Shown: positions 60,040 to 64,000 of the stretch, in pieces
Layout of the letters: each line of letters starts with the position of its first letter
Numbering within the stretch: position 1 is the first letter of the stretch
DNA from: Nitrospirota bacterium
Lineage (GTDB): Bacteria; Nitrospirota; UBA9217
DNA: 64,000 bases
Assembly (NCBI GenBank): GCA_963845065.1
Contig: CAWJQQ010000008.1
Coordinates: 535,970 to 599,969, forward strand
Direction of reading: 5' to 3'
Position numbers and translations under genes: made by a program
Notes under the pieces: generated by a model
What the model saw: only the letters and a program-made list of their open reading frames with translations
What the model was told of the DNA's origin: nothing
Databases searched by the model: none

Positions 60040-60657
60040 TCAGCGGACCGTGATCAGGTCCTTTATCTTATCGTAGGTCTTCTGCTTGATTCCCTTAACT
60101 TTCATAATATCCTCGGGCTTATTATACGGCCTGTTATCGATAATGGCCTGAGCCTTGATCTTGCCGATCCCCGGCAGAGCATCGAGTTCTTCCTTGCTCG
60201 CCGTATTGATGTTGACGACCTGACCGGGTGCGAGTTTGGTCTTGGTCGTTTCAGCCTTCTCCGATACGGCCTTCGTGGCAGACGATGCCTTCTCTTTCAT
60301 TTCCGCTGCTGATGGCATTGCGGCAGGAGCAGCCGTGGATGAGGCTGCACCGAAAGTAACCTTGTTCTTGATGGTATTGATCTTCTTGTCACTCATCCCC
60401 TTGATGCTCTTCAAGTCGTCAATGCTCTTGTACGGCCGCCCCGCGATGATTGCTAACGCCGTCGCTTTCCCTACGCCAGGAAGGGTTTCCAGTGTTTTTT
60501 CATCGGCACTGTTCACATCAACGATCGCGGTCGCGCCCTTCTTGTCCTTTGCATGGGAAGAGGTCGGCATACCGAGAACCATGGACGCCAGAAGAGCGAC
60601 ACAGAAAAATAAAAAAATGATCTTTGAGGCTTTGAAGCTCATGCTAGTTTTTTTCAT
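60040..60657 (-). CDS. ComEA-like secreted DNA-binding protein with two HhH domains
   Basis: VDVNSA...LETLPGVG and VNINTA...LDALPGIG joined by an Ala/Lys/Thr linker. Confidence 0.88.
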   Translation of the reverse strand: MKKTSMSFKASKIIFLFFCVALLASMVLGMPTSSHAKDKKGATAIVDVNSADEKTLETLPGVGKATALAIIAGRPYKSIDDLKSIKGMSDKKINTIKNKVTFGAASSTAAPAAMPSAAEMKEKASSATKAVSEKAETTKTKLAPGQVVNINTASKEELDALPGIGKIKAQAIIDNRPYNKPEDIMKVKGIKQKTYDKIKDLITVR

Positions 60658-61016
60658 AGGTATTACGCTCCTTTCTTTTGATGGTTTTCACAATCGAAGC
60701 TGAATATCACAAATATTTATCCATCGTCGGACGGCCTCTCCAGTCAATTTCATGCGCGTTCACGAAGGATCTAGCGAGGTTCCATCCGACAGTACCGGTT
60801 GTTAATTGAATGATTAAATTCAATACGGTGCGAACCTCCGCTCCCTTGTTCTTGTCAGGGAAAACGTGAGCGCATATTTTCGCATTATGCAGCAGGTATA
60901 TTATGGCGACGCCCTTGCTCTTTTCAACATTCCGTAGATTGCCGTCTGCGAACTGCTAGTACGACCGCTACCGGGACTACTCTAAATGAAAAAAGCCAAG
61001 CATTCATTCTGTTCAT

Positions 61017-61097
61017 CCTTCGGTAGCTCGGCCATCTTGATCTTTTAAGACCCATTGCTTTCCGCCCCCCTCTCGCGAAGGGAACGGCATCGTCGAA
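61017..61097 (-). ncRNA. GEMM-I riboswitch variant with terminator
   Basis: GCCGTTCCCTTCGCGAGAGGGGGGCGGAAAGCAATGGGTCTTAAAAGATC...GGCCGAGCTACCGAA; downstream GCTTGGCTTTTT. Confidence 0.75.
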
Positions 61098-61437
61098 TTT
61101 CTTCGATTGCTGGACAAAAAGAATTTTATTAGAATATAGCGAATTTTGAGAAGGAATGCCGGAGATAAAAGGAAAATCCACAGGATTGTGCAAAAAATGG
61201 CGGAAAAGCTCGTTCATCGCCAGTTCATCACGTGAACGCCTGCAATTGCAGAAAAGTGCCCTGCGCCAGATTTCACAAATTTATAATAATTATATCAGAA
61301 GGCAGAAAATCGGAAGGAATAAATAATTGATAATTCAGTTAAATTAATCCGACAACTACTCTAGAATTTTCAAAAACTGTAACTTTTGCAGATTACTGAA
61401 GGGCTTGTAAACCACTTGTTTTAGGAGACATGCTTAC

Positions 61438-63124
61438 CAAACTATCCGCAGAAAGCCCCTGGTTTTAACCATGGGGATGAATGCGGGAACTTTGCTTTTC
61501 AGCAATTGCTGGACAAATGTATATCTATGTGGTATATTTGAGCAACCAATGCCTCGTAAACGTAAACCTAAAACCCCATCTTTTGTACACGAGTTCCAAC
61601 TCGTAGTGACTCCAAAAGACAATCGCATGCTTAATGTCCGACTAGAAGCTGGTCGTTATCTATATAATGCCTGTCTTGGTGAAGCGATGAAACGTCTTGC
61701 CGCCATGCGTAGCTCTAAAAAATGGCGTTCAGCGATCAAGAAGAAAAAGAGCAGGCTACGCGCTAAAATGTTCAAGACAGCCAGAAACATAGCTGAATAT
61801 ACCGAATACCATCTCCATGATTATGTCGGGAGCCTCCGCAATTCGTGTTGGATCGGAGACCATATTGACAGCCTGGCCGCCCAAAAGATAGCGACCAGGT
61901 CGTTTAATGCCGTTGCTGACTACGAGTTCGGGAAGCATGGTAAACCACGTTTCAAGCGCCATGCCTGGATGTCGTCCCTTGAAGGTAAAAACAACACGTC
62001 CGGTATTCGGTGGTGCGATGACCATGTGGAGTGGTCTGGACTTAGCCTTACCTGTGTCTTCGACAAAAAAGACAAGTTTGGCGTTCAGGCACATGCGCTT
62101 AGCCATGATGTTAAATATGTTCGTTTGGTGAAGAAAACCATCTGCGGTAACGCCTGCTGGTTCGCCCAACTCGTGCTTAAAGGCACGGCCAGGATCAAGC
62201 GTGAGAACCAGATCGGCACCGAAACCGTTGGCCTTGACATTGGTCCATCCACGGGTGCTATCGTTAGCGATACCGATGCGTTGCTCGTAGCATTTTGTCC
62301 GGAAGTCGAGATTCCGTACAAACAAATCCGCGTGGTTCAGCGTAAGATGGCCAGAAGCCTGAGGGCTGCCAACCCGGACAACTACAACGAAGACGGCACG
62401 ACTAAGACTGGTGCCGGCAAGGGTAAAAAGCGGTGGATATTCTCTGCTAAATACCGTGCGCTTAAGGCTGAACTAGCCGAGCTACAGCGAGTTTTGGCTG
62501 AAACCAGAAAACGGGCTCATGGCAAGTTAGCCAATGAAATTCTTAAGCTCGGAACCAACATAAAGACCGAGAAACTGTCGTACAGAGCATTCCAGAAACT
62601 CTATGGTAAAAGTATTTCAAGACGCGCTCCGGGGATGTTTATTTCGATGCTTCGCCGCAAAGCCGAAAACGCTGGCGGTAAAGTAACTGAATTTTCTACC
62701 CGGAGCACGAAGCTTTCAGAGACATGCCACTGCGGGGAAGTAGCCAAAAAACCGCTATCCCAACGGTGGCATGACTGTAACTGCGGGGTAAACGCTCAAC
62801 GCGATCTCTACTCCGCATATCTTGCAAAATATGTTTTTGAAAATGTCCTCGACACGCGTCAAGCCGCAGCAGCTTGGCCGGGTGCAAACCTGCTCCTGGA
62901 ACGGGCGGTGTTGAGGGTGCAGCATGAAGCGGCAAATGGCCGGATTCATCCGGCCAGCTTCGGTATTAACAACATGAGAGCCAACACCACGAACCGGAGA
63001 CAGAGTTGCTTGCCCGTTAAAAACGGATCAACGATAGTCGATGCCGGCAACCTCTGTATTGTTGCCGAAAAGCCTGTCGGTATTGCCGTTAGAACCCCCT
63101 GTCTTTAGACATGGGGTAGGTCAG
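61438..63124 (+). mobile_element. tnpB-only (IS1341-type) element with IS608-like ends
   Basis: TTAC|CAAACT...AAAGCCCCTGGTTTTAACCATGGGG left end; GAACCCCCTGTCTTTAGACATGGGGTAGGTCAG right end. Confidence 0.85.
61549..63108 (+). CDS. tnpB: Large TnpB nuclease
   Basis: VGLDIG, KTEKL, CHC..HDCNC, QRDLYSA; likely start MPRKRK. Confidence 0.88.
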   Translation: MPRKRKPKTPSFVHEFQLVVTPKDNRMLNVRLEAGRYLYNACLGEAMKRLAAMRSSKKWRSAIKKKKSRLRAKMFKTARNIAEYTEYHLHDYVGSLRNSCWIGDHIDSLAAQKIATRSFNAVADYEFGKHGKPRFKRHAWMSSLEGKNNTSGIRWCDDHVEWSGLSLTCVFDKKDKFGVQAHALSHDVKYVRLVKKTICGNACWFAQLVLKGTARIKRENQIGTETVGLDIGPSTGAIVSDTDALLVAFCPEVEIPYKQIRVVQRKMARSLRAANPDNYNEDGTTKTGAGKGKKRWIFSAKYRALKAELAELQRVLAETRKRAHGKLANEILKLGTNIKTEKLSYRAFQKLYGKSISRRAPGMFISMLRRKAENAGGKVTEFSTRSTKLSETCHCGEVAKKPLSQRWHDCNCGVNAQRDLYSAYLAKYVFENVLDTRQAAAAWPGANLLLERAVLRVQHEAANGRIHPASFGINNMRANTTNRRQSCLPVKNGSTIVDAGNLCIVAEKPVGIAVRTPCL

Positions 63125-63224
63125 AAACAGAAAGGCATCTTCGATATCCGTGTACTTCATATGCTTTCCTGCTGATTGGCGCATGAGTGAGTCGCGGCAC
63201 ACTTACTCGCTGGCTGGAAAACCG

Positions 63225-63485
63225 CTACTTCGCTTCTACTTCCTTCCAGAAATCTTCGTGCGAAATACCACCATGCTCTTTGATCTGCTGCCGAGCTAAA
63301 GTAAGAATTTTTTGCAATTTGGCTGAGTACGCCATTGTTAGACGGTCTAGTTCATCTTCGTCTTCCACTGAAAGCAGTACAGCCGCAGGACGACCATTTC
63401 GTGTGACCACAACTGGCCCCTTTTTGCTGTCTTTCAAGAAGGTGCTGAAATGCGCCTTTACATCCGCAACTGATGCGATCTTCAT
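63225..63485 (-). CDS. Phd/YefM-family antitoxin
   Basis: VADVKAHFS, PVVVTRNGRPAAVL. Confidence 0.88.
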   Translation of the reverse strand: MKIASVADVKAHFSTFLKDSKKGPVVVTRNGRPAAVLLSVEDEDELDRLTMAYSAKLQKILTLARQQIKEHGGISHEDFWKEVEAK

Positions 63486-63805
63486 AGTTTAATCTCCTTC
63501 CCACCGATAACTAAACGATTCCTATCTTTTTCCCCGATGGCGAGGATATGGACTTCGTGAGTTGTCATGTCTATATCGTAAAATACTCTGAATCTATTGT
63601 CAGGACCAAAACGTAATTCCCATTCGGCCTCAAATGCAACTTGACGCTTTAAGGGTTTCCGATTTGTAGTTTCTACATCCGGCTCAAACTGCAATTTTAT
63701 TTCAATAGAAGCACGGATGAGCGAATAATGTTTGCCATCAATCGTTCTAAGATGAGGCTTCGTGATGGGAGCGTATATTAGAGTAAATTTATATCGCTTC
63801 GTCAT
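63482..63805 (-). CDS. RelE/ParE-family toxin
   Basis: WELRFG..FRVFY..V.ILAIGEK; 4-bp overlap with the antitoxin. Confidence 0.85.
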   Translation of the reverse strand: MTKRYKFTLIYAPITKPHLRTIDGKHYSLIRASIEIKLQFEPDVETTNRKPLKRQVAFEAEWELRFGPDNRFRVFYDIDMTTHEVHILAIGEKDRNRLVIGGKEIKL

Positions 63806-64000
63806 TATGACCATAATTATAGTCATAAGACGAGGCTTTGTCAATAGTCAAATCTTAAAAATAATCTCAGAAAGGCAAGTAGATAGTTGCAGTATTCTGG
63901 TTCAAAATTATACGTAGGGTCAAATTGTCGAAAGTGCAGTGTACAGGATGGAATCGTTGGCAGAAAACTTTATCACAAAGTGCTATGATACAAAATGAAT

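Noticed and set aside
61471..61548. Upstream start for the second TnpB
   Set aside because: It lies in the left-end hairpin; MPRKRK at 61549 is more plausible

Overview
Accessory, mobile-element-rich 64-kb region of a diderm (TonB/RND/porin-bearing) bacterium. A Nitrospirota- or Desulfobacterota-like host is my inference from gene content and riboswitch type. There is no rRNA, tRNA or CRISPR array. Mobile DNA: three 'tyrosine recombinase + IS91-like Y2/HUH transposase' elements, one with its integrase split by a complete RIT (recombinase-in-trio) element; a probable internally deleted mini-RIT; IS4 with a 9-bp TSD; IS256; IS3 and IS110 relics; an IS605-type tnpA/tnpB element; a tnpB-only element with IS608-like ends; and a solo attC. 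Cargo: heme-c, PAS-hybrid and CBS histidine kinases, a serpin, an HNH nuclease, a KimA-like permease, a metal-uptake island, a CzcA/CusA-type RND system with its two-component regulator, GEMM-I riboswitches, a ComEA-like protein and a RelE/Phd toxin-antitoxin pair. The metal island comprises a TBDR, TonB-ExbBD, a DUF2946/CruR-like RAPP leader, a Met/His-rich protein and a Cys-motif beta-barrel. Best candidates for new biology: (1) in all three Int+Y2 elements, joining the two ends regenerates an attC-like folded hairpin, suggesting rolling-circle ssDNA coupled to hairpin recombination; (2) the metal island appears to be controlled by two arrest-peptide-like upstream ORFs. Family calls come from motif recognition, not database searches.
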